Below the pieces are notes generated by a model that saw nothing but the letters and a program-made list of their open reading frames with translations, was not told the DNA's origin and made no database searches. The translations under genes were made by a program, and so were the position numbers. Below, in pieces: positions 1 through 8,783 of a DNA stretch of 64,000 bases (position 1 is the stretch's first letter; each line of letters starts with the position of its first letter). The stretch comes from Candidatus Tayloriibacteriota bacterium (GTDB lineage Bacteria > Patescibacteriota > Minisyncoccia > Phycocordibacterales > PALSA-1337). The stretch covers positions 50,984-114,983 of the forward strand of contig JBPOID010000005.1 of the NCBI GenBank assembly GCA_052034805.1, written 5' to 3'.

Positions 1-409
1 CTATCTCTGTAACTATAGGTTTGCCATTTTTATTTGAATTATTTATTTCTTCTATCATTTTATCTACTATGACTTTCTGCATGGGATTTGTATAGAAAAC
101 TACAGAGCGATATTGTGTACCAACATCATTATCTTGACGATTAAGTGAAGTCGGATCATGTGAACTAAAGAATACAGTTAATAAACTCTTATAATCAACC
201 AGATCTGGATTGTATTCTATATATATGACTTCTGCATGACCAGTATTACCGGAACTAACTTCTTCAGAAGTGGGATAAGGCTTGTCTCCGCCTGCATAAC
301 CAGGAGAAACGGATATAACGCCTTTTAACATTTTAAAAACTGCTTCTGTACACCAGAAACATCCTCCACCGAAAACAGCTATTTCTTTTTTATTTATATT
401 TTTATCCAT
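1..409 (-). CDS. msrA: Peptide-methionine (S)-S-oxide reductase MsrA (3' end runs off the window)
   Basis: Manual translation from ATG at 409: MDKNINKKEIAVFGGGCFWCTEAVFKMLKGVISVSPGYAGG...TGHAEV...HDPTSLNRQDNDVGTQYRS; GCFW active-site motif. Confidence 0.95.
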   Translation of the reverse strand, partial: MDKNINKKEIAVFGGGCFWCTEAVFKMLKGVISVSPGYAGGDKPYPTSEEVSSGNTGHAEVIYIEYNPDLVDYKSLLTVFFSSHDPTSLNRQDNDVGTQYRSVVFYTNPMQKVIVDKMIEEINNSNKNGKPIVTEI

Positions 410-485
410 ATAAATATTGAATATATTATATCATTTTATTTAATATAATTTGCGGAATGTTATGAATTGTTATAGTCTATATGGA

Positions 486-1256
486 ATGATAACTATAATA
501 GTTTCTTCTTTTATTATAATACTCGCTTCGCTTGTAGGGATTATATCCAAATGGAAAGCAATCGGTGAAATAATAGAGAAAAATATGCATTATCTCATCA
601 GCTTTTCGGCTGGAGTATTTGTAATTATCTCTATAGATTTATCTATGGAATCCATAGAACATACAGAAAATATTTGGAATGGTTTTCTATGGATTTTATC
701 GGGTATTATTATATTTTCAATATTAATAAAATTAATACCAGATTTTCATAATCATGATGAAGAATGTGTTGGAGAACATTCACATCATTCTCATGGGAAA
801 ATAGATGCGAGAAGAATGATTATAGGAAATGCTATGCATAATATAGGAGATGGAATATTGTTGGCGACTTCTTATTCTATAAATTTCACCTTGGGTATAA
901 TAACTACAGCTAGCATATTCGTACATGAAATAATACAAGGTACTTCAAAATTCTTTATATTGAAATATGCCGGAAATAATATAAAAAAATCTCTTATTAT
1001 AAGTTTTCTTTCTTCATCATCTATTCTTATAGGATCTATTGGTGGATATTTCTTATTAGATAAATTCAAAATAATAGAAGGACCGCTTCTAGGTATTACT
1101 GCTGGAGCATTCTTTATTATAGTTATAAACGATCTTATACCTCATTCTATAAAATCGATAAATAGTAAATCTCATATTGTAAAACATATAGTATGGTTTC
1201 TAATAGGAGCAAGTATTATAACAATAGTTGGTGTCATAATTTCTCATAATAATTAA
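486..1256 (+). CDS. ZIP family metal transporter
   Basis: Multi-TM protein with His-rich loop (HNHD...HSHHSH) and HNIGDG / HEI motifs; ATG 486 preferred over the TTG at 450. Confidence 0.85.
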   Translation: MITIIVSSFIIILASLVGIISKWKAIGEIIEKNMHYLISFSAGVFVIISIDLSMESIEHTENIWNGFLWILSGIIIFSILIKLIPDFHNHDEECVGEHSHHSHGKIDARRMIIGNAMHNIGDGILLATSYSINFTLGIITTASIFVHEIIQGTSKFFILKYAGNNIKKSLIISFLSSSSILIGSIGGYFLLDKFKIIEGPLLGITAGAFFIIVINDLIPHSIKSINSKSHIVKHIVWFLIGASIITIVGVIISHNN

Positions 1257-1278
1257 AAGTTTCTCATAATAATTAAAA
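1240..1278. repeat. 19-bp tandem duplication (20-bp period) spanning the ZIP stop codon
   Basis: tttctcataataattaaaa at 1240-1258 and 1260-1278. Confidence 0.9.
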
Positions 1279-1307
1279 CACCCAGAGCGTACGGCTCTGG
1301 GTTGTTT
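1275..1307. terminator. Intrinsic terminator between convergent genes
   Basis: acccagagc-gtacg-gctctgggt perfect 9-bp stem with A/T-rich flanks. Confidence 0.75.
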
Positions 1308-1330
1308 GCTTCAGATCTTTGGTTGAATTC

Positions 1331-1516
1331 TTAGAGAAAATCTTCCAAAAGATCTTGTTTTGTAACGATAATTTTCGACCTTCTTCTTTCACTCCTAGGT
1401 AATTGGCTTTTATCACTAGGAATGGTGTTGCGCATAATCGCTTTGCGAGGTGATACGATAGTTTTCTTTTTATTCTGCGGAACTATCGTAGCAAGAACAG
1501 AAGTTTCTACAGGCAT
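1331..1516 (-). CDS. Small basic hypothetical protein (61 aa), cassette-type
   Basis: ORF with upstream extended -10 (TGaTATAGT), CAA-rich leader and downstream hairpin. Confidence 0.45.
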   Translation of the reverse strand: MPVETSVLATIVPQNKKKTIVSPRKAIMRNTIPSDKSQLPRSERRRSKIIVTKQDLLEDFL

Positions 1517-1573
1517 AGTATTATTGTTTTTTGTCCATAGAAAACTATATCATAATATTATTAATAATAAAAT

Positions 1574-1605
1574 AAAAAAATAGTCACAAGTTTCCTTGTA
1601 ACTAT
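1574..1605 (-). terminator. Intrinsic terminator
   Basis: atagtcacaag-tttc-cttgtaactat hairpin; A-run on + strand = U-tract on - strand. Confidence 0.7.
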
Positions 1606-1679
1606 TTATGTCTCATGGGTTTCATTGCTTTTTACAGTATTTTTTATGTTCGTCGATTGATTTGTACTTTTGTGCTTAA

Positions 1680-1841
1680 TCAATTATTTGAGAACACTGC
1701 TACTGATGAAGGTACATTGCTAACCAGTTTTAAAGTTCTGATTAGAACTGTATCTCGAACCGTATCGAGCTTTCCGAAAATTTTATCTCGGATACGCTCG
1801 TTGCGTAATTTACGCCATGAATCCTTGTTTTTAGGGTTCAT
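1680..1841 (-). CDS. Small basic hypothetical protein (53 aa), cassette-type
   Basis: Not in ORF track; MNPKNKDSWRKLRNERIRDKIFGKLDTVRD...; preceded by caaaaaccAAGGAtatact-ATG and a TTTACT-N17-TATTAT promoter; followed by terminator 1574-1605. Confidence 0.45.
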   Translation of the reverse strand: MNPKNKDSWRKLRNERIRDKIFGKLDTVRDTVLIRTLKLVSNVPSSVAVFSNN

Positions 1842-2017
1842 AGTATATCCTTGGTTTTTGTTATCTTCCTTTGAAGATTATCCAACACCCATTGGATAAT
1901 GGCCGAAGAACTTTGCTCTGTTTATGATAATAACATAATTATCTTTATTAGTAAAATGATAAAATAACTAGAAATAATCAAAATTAAACTTATTTATAGA
2001 GATTATTATTATCTATA

Positions 2018-3382
2018 CTAGATAATAGCCGGAGCTACAGATATTCTTTTTTCTATTATTTTTATAAAAGAATCAGGGAAATATTTCTTTAATTCATTTT
2101 TCCAATCTGATTTACTAATATCTATATCAGGAGAAACTCCTCTTCCTTCTATGGGCTCATTGTCATCACCTAGAGTTATATTATTCACTAGGAATAATGT
2201 ATATTTTTCATTTGTATCTATAACAGTTTCTAATGGATAAGTATTCTCTATAGTTCCCCAACCGGCAGTCCTTGTACCTATTATTTTTGCAATTTTAAGT
2301 CTTTTGAAAATAGCAGAGGTTAATTCGGCTGTAGATTGAGTTCTATTATCAGTAAAAATTACAATATTTTTGAAACGATTCAATGCATCAAATTTAGCTA
2401 GAGTTGTTCTCTGTGGATCATAATTTTCATTTCTATAAAGATCATAAGCATATTGATTGGCTCCGATGAAAAGTCCAGTAATAGAATTAGCGAAAGAGAG
2501 ATCACCACCGATATTCCCTCTCATATCTATAATCAAACTATCGAGATTAGGAGTACTAGAAGCATTCTCTATAGCTATACCGAATTCTTGTAGAGTTATT
2601 GGGGATATTTTAGAAAAATAAAAATAAAAAGTATTATTCATAATATGACCAGAAACTGTTGGTTCTACTTTCGCGGTATCATATAGCTTTTTTGTATTAT
2701 CATCGGTTAATACTTTCTTTGCATATGAGATTTTCTGTAATTCAGTTTTGGCCTCTGTTGTAGTAGCTTTTTCTAGGACTTTTGCTTTTTCTTCATAGAC
2801 TTTTTCTATTTCTTTTTTTGAAGTATCTTTATTTACACCTAAATCTTTATATAAATCTTTAGAAGGATTTATATTACTTACTTCTTGTCTTAGAGCTACT
2901 CTCTGCTTTTCTGAGAAAAGATTACTTCTCATAAACGGCTTTAGACTATTCGTTACCAATCTCACAGTATCTACTATTATTTGTTTTTTCAATTCACTAC
3001 TAGTAGCATTTCTAAGCATGGTGGATAAAATAAATGCTGTATTATCTCTATCTGTGGCTTCTTTATTTTCTTTATTTATAGTTGGTGACTTATCTGTATT
3101 CATAACTTTCATTATAGAAAGTCTGAATAATTCCCCTAATTCTGGTGAACCATATTTTTTATATGAGCCTAATTTCATCCAAAAGTTTTCTCCGATTTTA
3201 TCATAGGCCTCCATAGCAAATCTGGTATATACATCGGATTCATAAACTGTTTTATATTGTTTATTAGGAATATTTATATCCTTTTTATTATAGAAAATAA
3301 TAGGTAAAGAAATAAATGCTAGAAGTATGATAATCGAAAGCTTTTTATTTTTTAATATATTTTTTAAAAGACGCATAAACAT
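2018..3382 (-). CDS. Membrane-anchored S41 (CtpA-like) peptidase with a J-domain-like insert
   Basis: IIDMRGNIGG, TQSTAE, GTRTAGWG, IEGRGVSPDI motifs; N-terminal TM; DLYKDLGV...ISYAKKVLTDDNTKKLYD segment. Confidence 0.8.
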   Translation of the reverse strand: MFMRLLKNILKNKKLSIIILLAFISLPIIFYNKKDINIPNKQYKTVYESDVYTRFAMEAYDKIGENFWMKLGSYKKYGSPELGELFRLSIMKVMNTDKSPTINKENKEATDRDNTAFILSTMLRNATSSELKKQIIVDTVRLVTNSLKPFMRSNLFSEKQRVALRQEVSNINPSKDLYKDLGVNKDTSKKEIEKVYEEKAKVLEKATTTEAKTELQKISYAKKVLTDDNTKKLYDTAKVEPTVSGHIMNNTFYFYFSKISPITLQEFGIAIENASSTPNLDSLIIDMRGNIGGDLSFANSITGLFIGANQYAYDLYRNENYDPQRTTLAKFDALNRFKNIVIFTDNRTQSTAELTSAIFKRLKIAKIIGTRTAGWGTIENTYPLETVIDTNEKYTLFLVNNITLGDDNEPIEGRGVSPDIDISKSDWKNELKKYFPDSFIKIIEKRISVAPAII

Positions 3383-3404
3383 ATTTGATATATTTTATCA
3401 TATA

Positions 3405-3448
3405 AAAAAATTAAACCCCCAAGTCTTGCGGACTTGAGGGTAAAAGTG
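3405..3448 (-). terminator. 44-bp terminator, identical to 4479-4522
   Basis: aaaaaattaaacccccaagtcttgcggacttgagggtaaaagtg; caagtc/gacttg stem, U-tract on - strand. Confidence 0.85.
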
Positions 3449-4291
3449 TTAATTAGTGAAAACTCTAAAGATTCCGGAGTCTCCACTTGAATCTACGGGA
3501 TACATGGTGATATCCCCGTAGATGAAGAATGGCTTTAAAGCCATTTCATTCCATGTTTTGAAATCGTTAGATTTCTCGACATGGATATGTGTGTATTCCC
3601 ATGGGGAATCTACAAAGAGATAGGTACCGTCCGGAATCCCATCAAGATTTTTTATGACCTTGATCTCAAGTGATGTTTTCTTTGCATAGTCCATCACTGC
3701 AAATTCCTCGAATGTATCTATGATAGTACCAACCTCAAAGGAATCAGACCCTTCACCCCAAGTAATAGAGATCGTGGGGTATCTGGTGCTACCATCATAA
3801 GCAATGAAGACATTGAATGTCTCGCTACCGATCTTAAAGCTTCCATAGCTATAAAGATTTTTCATCAACCCTTCAGGGGTCAATGAATAATCATATACGC
3901 TAGTACGATGATCTTCTGTCTTCAGAGCTGGAGAAAATTTTTCCCCAGTCAACACATCGGTAAAGACAGGTGTTGAAACTATCCCATCTAGACCTGTCGG
4001 TATGGGAGATAGTCTGAGGATTCTTCCTCCTGCAAGGGATTTCGTCTTGATAACGAAATAATCGTAATTCCCCTGCTGGGAAGATGCAGAGTTTGACCAA
4101 TCTCCCTCTGTACTAACCCAATGAAGTGGGTAGTTCTGGCTCTGAGCTATCTCCTTATAGTAAAGGATATTGGTTTTGAACGCCTCGCTTACGCGAGGGA
4201 TCCTCACCACCGGCTCAGATGCCTCCGAGAAGATCTGAAACACGAATGATAAGATAACCGACAGAATGACAATGAACTTTGTTGTTTTCAC
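3449..4291 (-). CDS. Secreted hypothetical protein, cassette-type
   Basis: 280-aa ORF, signal peptide-like N-terminus, GAGG SD in an A-rich leader, GC-richer than neighbours. Confidence 0.75.
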   Translation of the reverse strand: MKTTKFIVILSVILSFVFQIFSEASEPVVRIPRVSEAFKTNILYYKEIAQSQNYPLHWVSTEGDWSNSASSQQGNYDYFVIKTKSLAGGRILRLSPIPTGLDGIVSTPVFTDVLTGEKFSPALKTEDHRTSVYDYSLTPEGLMKNLYSYGSFKIGSETFNVFIAYDGSTRYPTISITWGEGSDSFEVGTIIDTFEEFAVMDYAKKTSLEIKVIKNLDGIPDGTYLFVDSPWEYTHIHVEKSNDFKTWNEMALKPFFIYGDITMYPVDSSGDSGIFRVFTN

Positions 4292-4350
4292 TTTCTTTCC
4301 TCTTTCTTGTTTTTGTTGTTGTTTACTTATTCACAAAATCTACTCTATAT

Positions 4351-4379
4351 ATAGTATCATAATAAATACTATATGTCAA
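4351..4379 (-). promoter_or_regulatory. Sigma70-type promoter of 3449-4291
   Basis: TTGACA-N17-TACTAT with extended TG. Confidence 0.7.
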
Positions 4380-4478
4380 TATGACTATGGGCACATTCAA
4401 CCTCTTGGTGCATTTACTTGCTGAACTAGCCATAATACACTAATAACTTTATATCTATTATGTATAAATTTTATTTAT

Positions 4479-4522
4479 AAAAAATTAAACCCCCAAGTCT
4501 TGCGGACTTGAGGGTAAAAGTG
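4479..4522 (-). terminator. 44-bp terminator, identical to 3405-3448
   Basis: Exact direct repeat downstream of 4541-5203. Confidence 0.85.
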
Positions 4523-4540
4523 GTTTTGTGATTGTCTCAA

Positions 4541-5203
4541 TCAATGATTGAAATACAACCACGACCATGTCGTGACCATCCATGTGAGCTCATTGCCCGT
4601 CTCACTGATGAATAGTCCGATGTTCTTCTTCGTCCAGCCATCTTGTTTGGCTGTGACTGCGATCTCTATAGCTCTCACAATAACTGTGATATGCCCAATG
4701 ACAAGAGACATTCCAGCCAACCCATCGTTTCGCCCTGCTTTGAATATGCAGTAAGCGATATAGAGTTGTGGAGTGCTCTTAACAATAATGGACATTAAGC
4801 CTCTATTGATCGGCTCGACGAAAGTTTCCATCACAGAACCTTTTGATCTTACAATCATAAGGACAGTGAGAGATGCGATAACCAGAAGTGTTACCAATGT
4901 ATCACTTTTCGTCCAGTATCCCTTTAGAGAAATAATGACGAACATAGTGGCCCATAGTAACAACCAGTTGGCATATACAAGAGTGACTTGCATAGCCTTT
5001 CGACTGCCTGAATCCCAATAAGCACTGAGAGCCAGGAAGAAATTAATTGTGACGAAGATCGAACAGAGCATAGACCATGTGATGGTCATGCCAGTCGTCG
5101 TTGTGAATGATCTGTGTATCTGCGGGATGCTGAAGCACCACGCCATAATGATCTGGAACCAGAAAAGCAGGTCCCCGATCATATTTTTGTTTTTATTAGA
5201 CAA
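4541..5203 (-). CDS. PQ-loop-like multi-TM membrane protein, cassette-type
   Basis: About 7 TM segments, FSIPQI and STPQL motifs, GGAGG SD. Confidence 0.65.
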   Translation of the reverse strand: MSNKNKNMIGDLLFWFQIIMAWCFSIPQIHRSFTTTTGMTITWSMLCSIFVTINFFLALSAYWDSGSRKAMQVTLVYANWLLLWATMFVIISLKGYWTKSDTLVTLLVIASLTVLMIVRSKGSVMETFVEPINRGLMSIIVKSTPQLYIAYCIFKAGRNDGLAGMSLVIGHITVIVRAIEIAVTAKQDGWTKKNIGLFISETGNELTWMVTTWSWLYFNH

Positions 5204-5257
5204 GGTAAACCTCCCCTTTTTTATCTTTGTTGTTTTACCGAATCAAAATCTGAAATA

Positions 5258-5286
5258 ATTATATACATAAAATGTAACTATGTCAA
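5258..5286 (-). promoter_or_regulatory. Consensus sigma70 promoter of 4541-5203
   Basis: Exact TTGACA-N17-TATAAT. Confidence 0.85.
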
Positions 5287-5354
5287 TAGCCATATTTAAT
5301 GCGCATATATTTGTGAATATATTTTATATTTTTTATTAGAGAATTAGAGAATAT

Positions 5355-5771
5355 TTACCAACAAGCTATTATCGTACCCATAAGAGTCATGACTACTAGT
5401 GATGATACGCATTCGAAAAGCCATAATGATAATTTCCTTCCCATCCATATCACCTCTATAGAAGAAGATGCCACGATAAATCCCCATGCGAGTAATGCAC
5501 ATAATACGCCACCTAGAGATCCCATCTCTGCTATTTTTGTAGAATTCAAAGCTATTGTGTATAGAGCAGACAAGAGAATTGCTGTTACTATATTTGTTAC
5601 TAGATTCCATACAAGTTGAGGAAGCATATCGCTTAATTTCTCATTTCCAGTTGGATGTATATCTGCAAGTTTCATCCATAATTTCCCGAATACAGGACCA
5701 TGGAATAAAAATCCCACAATAAAAGCTACAAAAGCCGCTACCAAAACTGCTACGAAATCTATTGATATCAT
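5355..5771 (-). CDS. DUF1761-family membrane protein
   Basis: AVLVAAFVAFIVGFLFHGPVFGKLWMKL N-terminal motif, 4 TM; start reassigned to ATG 5771. Confidence 0.75.
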   Translation of the reverse strand: MISIDFVAVLVAAFVAFIVGFLFHGPVFGKLWMKLADIHPTGNEKLSDMLPQLVWNLVTNIVTAILLSALYTIALNSTKIAEMGSLGGVLCALLAWGFIVASSSIEVIWMGRKLSLWLFECVSSLVVMTLMGTIIACW

Positions 5772-5858
5772 ATAAAATAAATTATTTTTTAATGATTGTA
5801 TTATAACAGATAAAATAATTAAATTAATATTTAAAAAAGAAAACCGCAAAGCAAAGCC

Positions 5859-6410
5859 TTACGGTTTTTTGAAAAGCACTATTATGAGTAGAATGGTGTT
5901 AAAGAAAATACCATTAACTGCATTGATGATTCCTCCCAAGCTCCAATCTGATCCGATCAATGTGAGTAAACACGATAAAGCACTAAATCCCCAAACAGGC
6001 CAAGTGTCTTTTATCGGATTTCTCCATAAATCGATGAAATTGGGAATACCAGCTATATTCATCGCAGTTATACTACCCATAAGACCTATCAATGCACCAT
6101 ATCTAAACCAAATGTATGCACTGATGATAGCCCCGATGGCACAGATAGTCTCTTTATAAGACCAAATCCATTTCCCTCGTACGAACAATGCAATAGCTAC
6201 AGAAGTAGAACCCAAAACCCAAGCCCCTGGCAGATAACCTGGTTCATTATTCGCTATGGTAGTAGCTAGAAGTAGAGAATCAAGCACCACCCACATTACC
6301 CAAGTCGCTCCCGTAGAAGCATGAGCCTTTCGAGTCCATACATTGTAGGCGTACCATAAAAATACACCCAATGCCATTGCACCTCCTGAATATGTAAAGA
6401 ACGTTTTCAA
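5859..6410 (-). CDS. Multi-TM hypothetical membrane protein (PQ-loop-like), cassette-type
   Basis: 183 aa hydrophobic ORF; strong SD AAAGGAGGTG before TTG; hairpin aaaaccg...cggtttt overlapping the stop. Confidence 0.7.
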   Translation of the reverse strand: MKTFFTYSGGAMALGVFLWYAYNVWTRKAHASTGATWVMWVVLDSLLLATTIANNEPGYLPGAWVLGSTSVAIALFVRGKWIWSYKETICAIGAIISAYIWFRYGALIGLMGSITAMNIAGIPNFIDLWRNPIKDTWPVWGFSALSCLLTLIGSDWSLGGIINAVNGIFFNTILLIIVLFKKP

Positions 6411-6497
6411 AATCCACCTCCTTTCTGTTTTTTCTGTAATTTTTCTGTGTTTAGAGTATTGTTTACAGTATTTTTTTCCAGTATTTTTTCTATTCAG

Positions 6498-6526
6498 ACA
6501 ATATCATGTGAAAGTGGTTATGTCAA
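6498..6526 (-). promoter_or_regulatory. Sigma70-type promoter of 5859-6410
   Basis: TTGACA-N17-TATTGT with extended TG. Confidence 0.65.
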
Positions 6527-6577
6527 TGGAGTGCTAGATACAACTTCTAGAAGACCTCGGTATGATTCATATGGATG

Positions 6578-6648
6578 CTGGGGGACAGGGACTCGAACCC
6601 CGATACTATGCGCCAAAGGCATATGTCCTACCATTAGACGATCCCCCA
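6578..6648 (-). tRNA. tRNA-Gln(TTG)
   Basis: TGGGGGA acceptor stem, anticodon arm TATGC-CTTTGGC-GCATA, GGTTCGAGTCC T-arm. Confidence 0.95.
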
Positions 6649-6705
6649 ATAAAAACAATACTTCTATAAAATACATTAAAAATAGAGAATATTCAAGCAA
6701 AATGA

Positions 6706-7752
6706 CTAATCATTACATATCCCTATCACCGCCATCTCGAGTGGTAAACTCTCTATATAGGCCTTTCCTACTGCATCATATGCTTTTAATAATTCTATAA
6801 GTGCATTTGAATTTATTCTATTCTTTGAATCGGATGAAATGCTTTGTATTATTTTAAAATCATCTTCACTTAATTCTTCTTTTAATCTATCTATGCTTTT
6901 TTTATCTATTATATTTTTTAAAAGTAGGACAATTCTTACTTTTTCTAATATTAAAGCTGTGAAAGTCTTTATGGAAATATTGCCTTCGCGCGCGAGGGAT
7001 ATTGTATTTAATGCTTTTTCTTTTTCTTTATTTGCTATGGCTAATATGAAATCATTTACTATGCTTCCCTTTGGGGCTCCGGTTATATCTTCTACTTCTT
7101 TTATTGAGACTTTCTTATCTTCATTTGTGCTTAATACTTTCTGTAATATTCCTAAAGTGTCTCTGAATGATCCATCTCCGAGTAAAGATATTAGATCTGC
7201 TACTCCATTCTCTAGACTATAACCTTCTTTCTTTGCTATTTTTATTATTAAAGTTTTTAGTATTTCTCTATTTGGTTTTTTGAAAGAAAAGACTTGGCAA
7301 CGGGATACAACGGTTTCTGGTATTTTCTCTGTTTCTGTTGTGGCGAGTATGAATATTGCATGTGCTGGTGGTTCTTCTAGGGTTTTCAATATTGCATTGA
7401 ATGCTTCTTTTGTAAGCATATGCACTTCATCTATTATATAGACTTTATGAGTTGATTCTAAAGGTAATACATTTACCCCATCTCTTATTTCTCTTATATC
7501 ATCTATTCCTCTATTCGAAGCTGCATCTATTTCATAAATATCATTTGGACTAATCCCTAGAGCATTGGCGAATATGCGAGCTATGGAAGTTTTGCCTGTG
7601 CCACGGCTTCCAGAGAAAAGATAGGCATGGGAAATCTTTTTCAATTTTATTGAATTTTCTAAAACATTCACTATATGATCTTGACCGATAACATCTCCCC
7701 AATCATTCGGTCTATACTTTCTATATAAGACTCCGGAAGAATTCTTTTGCAT
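6706..7752 (-). CDS. dnaX: DNA polymerase III subunit gamma/tau (short form)
   Basis: LYRKYRP, GSRGTGKT, EIDAASNRGIDDIR, IIDEVHML, SRC motifs. Confidence 0.95.
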   Translation of the reverse strand: MQKNSSGVLYRKYRPNDWGDVIGQDHIVNVLENSIKLKKISHAYLFSGSRGTGKTSIARIFANALGISPNDIYEIDAASNRGIDDIREIRDGVNVLPLESTHKVYIIDEVHMLTKEAFNAILKTLEEPPAHAIFILATTETEKIPETVVSRCQVFSFKKPNREILKTLIIKIAKKEGYSLENGVADLISLLGDGSFRDTLGILQKVLSTNEDKKVSIKEVEDITGAPKGSIVNDFILAIANKEKEKALNTISLAREGNISIKTFTALILEKVRIVLLLKNIIDKKSIDRLKEELSEDDFKIIQSISSDSKNRINSNALIELLKAYDAVGKAYIESLPLEMAVIGICND

Positions 7753-7759
7753 AATGGTA

Positions 7760-8758
7760 TTATAGCATTTTGATATAGTCCTTCACTATTTTCTCTACTT
7801 CTTTTAATCCATTACTTTCCATAAGCTTTACTCTCAATTCCTTTGCACCATCGAATTCTGATACATAAGCTTTGAAATGCTTTTTCATTATTGCGAAATT
7901 CTTTATCTTTCCTAAATATTTATTAAAAGCTTTTGCATGTTCGAGCATTACGGTTAAACGTTCTTTTATGGTTATATCCTTTATATTTTTATTAGAGAAA
8001 AACCAAGGATTGCCAAATATTCCTCTACCTATCATCACTCCATCGCAACCGGTTTCTTGTATTTTCTTCTTTGCTTCATCTATACTATTTATATCGCCAT
8101 TACCTATTATCAATGTTTCTTTAGAAATTTCATTTCTCATTTTCACTATAATAGGCATTAATTCCCAATGTGCAGGTACATTCGACATTTCCTTTCTGGT
8201 ACGTAGATGTACAGTTAAAACTGGTAATTTCTGTTCTAATAAAGTTCTTATCCAAGTATCTATTTCTATTTTATTGTAACCTATACGAGTCTTCACAGAG
8301 ACGGGTATATTCTTTGCACCTTCTCTTGCTGATTTTATTATTTCTATTGCATGTTCTGAATCCTTTATATGATGAGCTCCTGAACCTTGCTTTTCTATAG
8401 AACGATCTGGACATCCCATATTGAGATCAAGTCCATCGAAACCTAATTCTTCTACTAGACTTGCTGCGGATTTCATCTTTGAAATATTTGATCCGAATAA
8501 TTGTGCCACTATCGGTCGCTCATTTTCATAAAACTCCAAATCCTTTTCGAGATTCTTTCTCCCTTTGGAACATAGTCCATCCGCCGAGACGAATTCTGTC
8601 CACATAACAGTGGGCTTTCCATATTTCGCAAACATAGATCTGAATGCCACATCAGTGACATTGGCCATAGGCGCCATGACGAAAAGAGGCTTTTTCAACC
8701 CTTGCCAGAAATTAGTTTTATTGCCTTTATTTGCCTTTTTATTGCTTATTTTATTCAC
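7760..8758 (-). CDS. dus: tRNA-dihydrouridine synthase (DusB-like)
   Basis: MAPMANVTD, DLNMGCP, IGNGDI, GVMIGRG motifs. Confidence 0.92.
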   Translation of the reverse strand: MNKISNKKANKGNKTNFWQGLKKPLFVMAPMANVTDVAFRSMFAKYGKPTVMWTEFVSADGLCSKGRKNLEKDLEFYENERPIVAQLFGSNISKMKSAASLVEELGFDGLDLNMGCPDRSIEKQGSGAHHIKDSEHAIEIIKSAREGAKNIPVSVKTRIGYNKIEIDTWIRTLLEQKLPVLTVHLRTRKEMSNVPAHWELMPIIVKMRNEISKETLIIGNGDINSIDEAKKKIQETGCDGVMIGRGIFGNPWFFSNKNIKDITIKERLTVMLEHAKAFNKYLGKIKNFAIMKKHFKAYVSEFDGAKELRVKLMESNGLKEVEKIVKDYIKML

Positions 8759-8783
8759 ATAGACATACTACATTATTTTCAGT

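Noticed and set aside
1640-1682. TGA readthrough or genetic code 25 after the 53-aa ORF
   Set aside because: TGA ends clear genes elsewhere (e.g. 30527, 40986), core ORFs have no in-frame TGA, and readthrough would add only about 12 aa.
1615-1899. 94-aa + strand ORF
   Set aside because: No expression signals; signals on the opposite strand support 1680-1841.
4381-4440. Short GC-richer intergenic patch between two cassettes
   Set aside because: Only weak pairing and no ORF or second copy found; cannot support a call.
6447-6800. ORFs overlapping tRNA-Gln (also 17865-18092 over tRNA-Leu)
   Set aside because: Explained by the tRNA and promoter sequences; no protein motifs.
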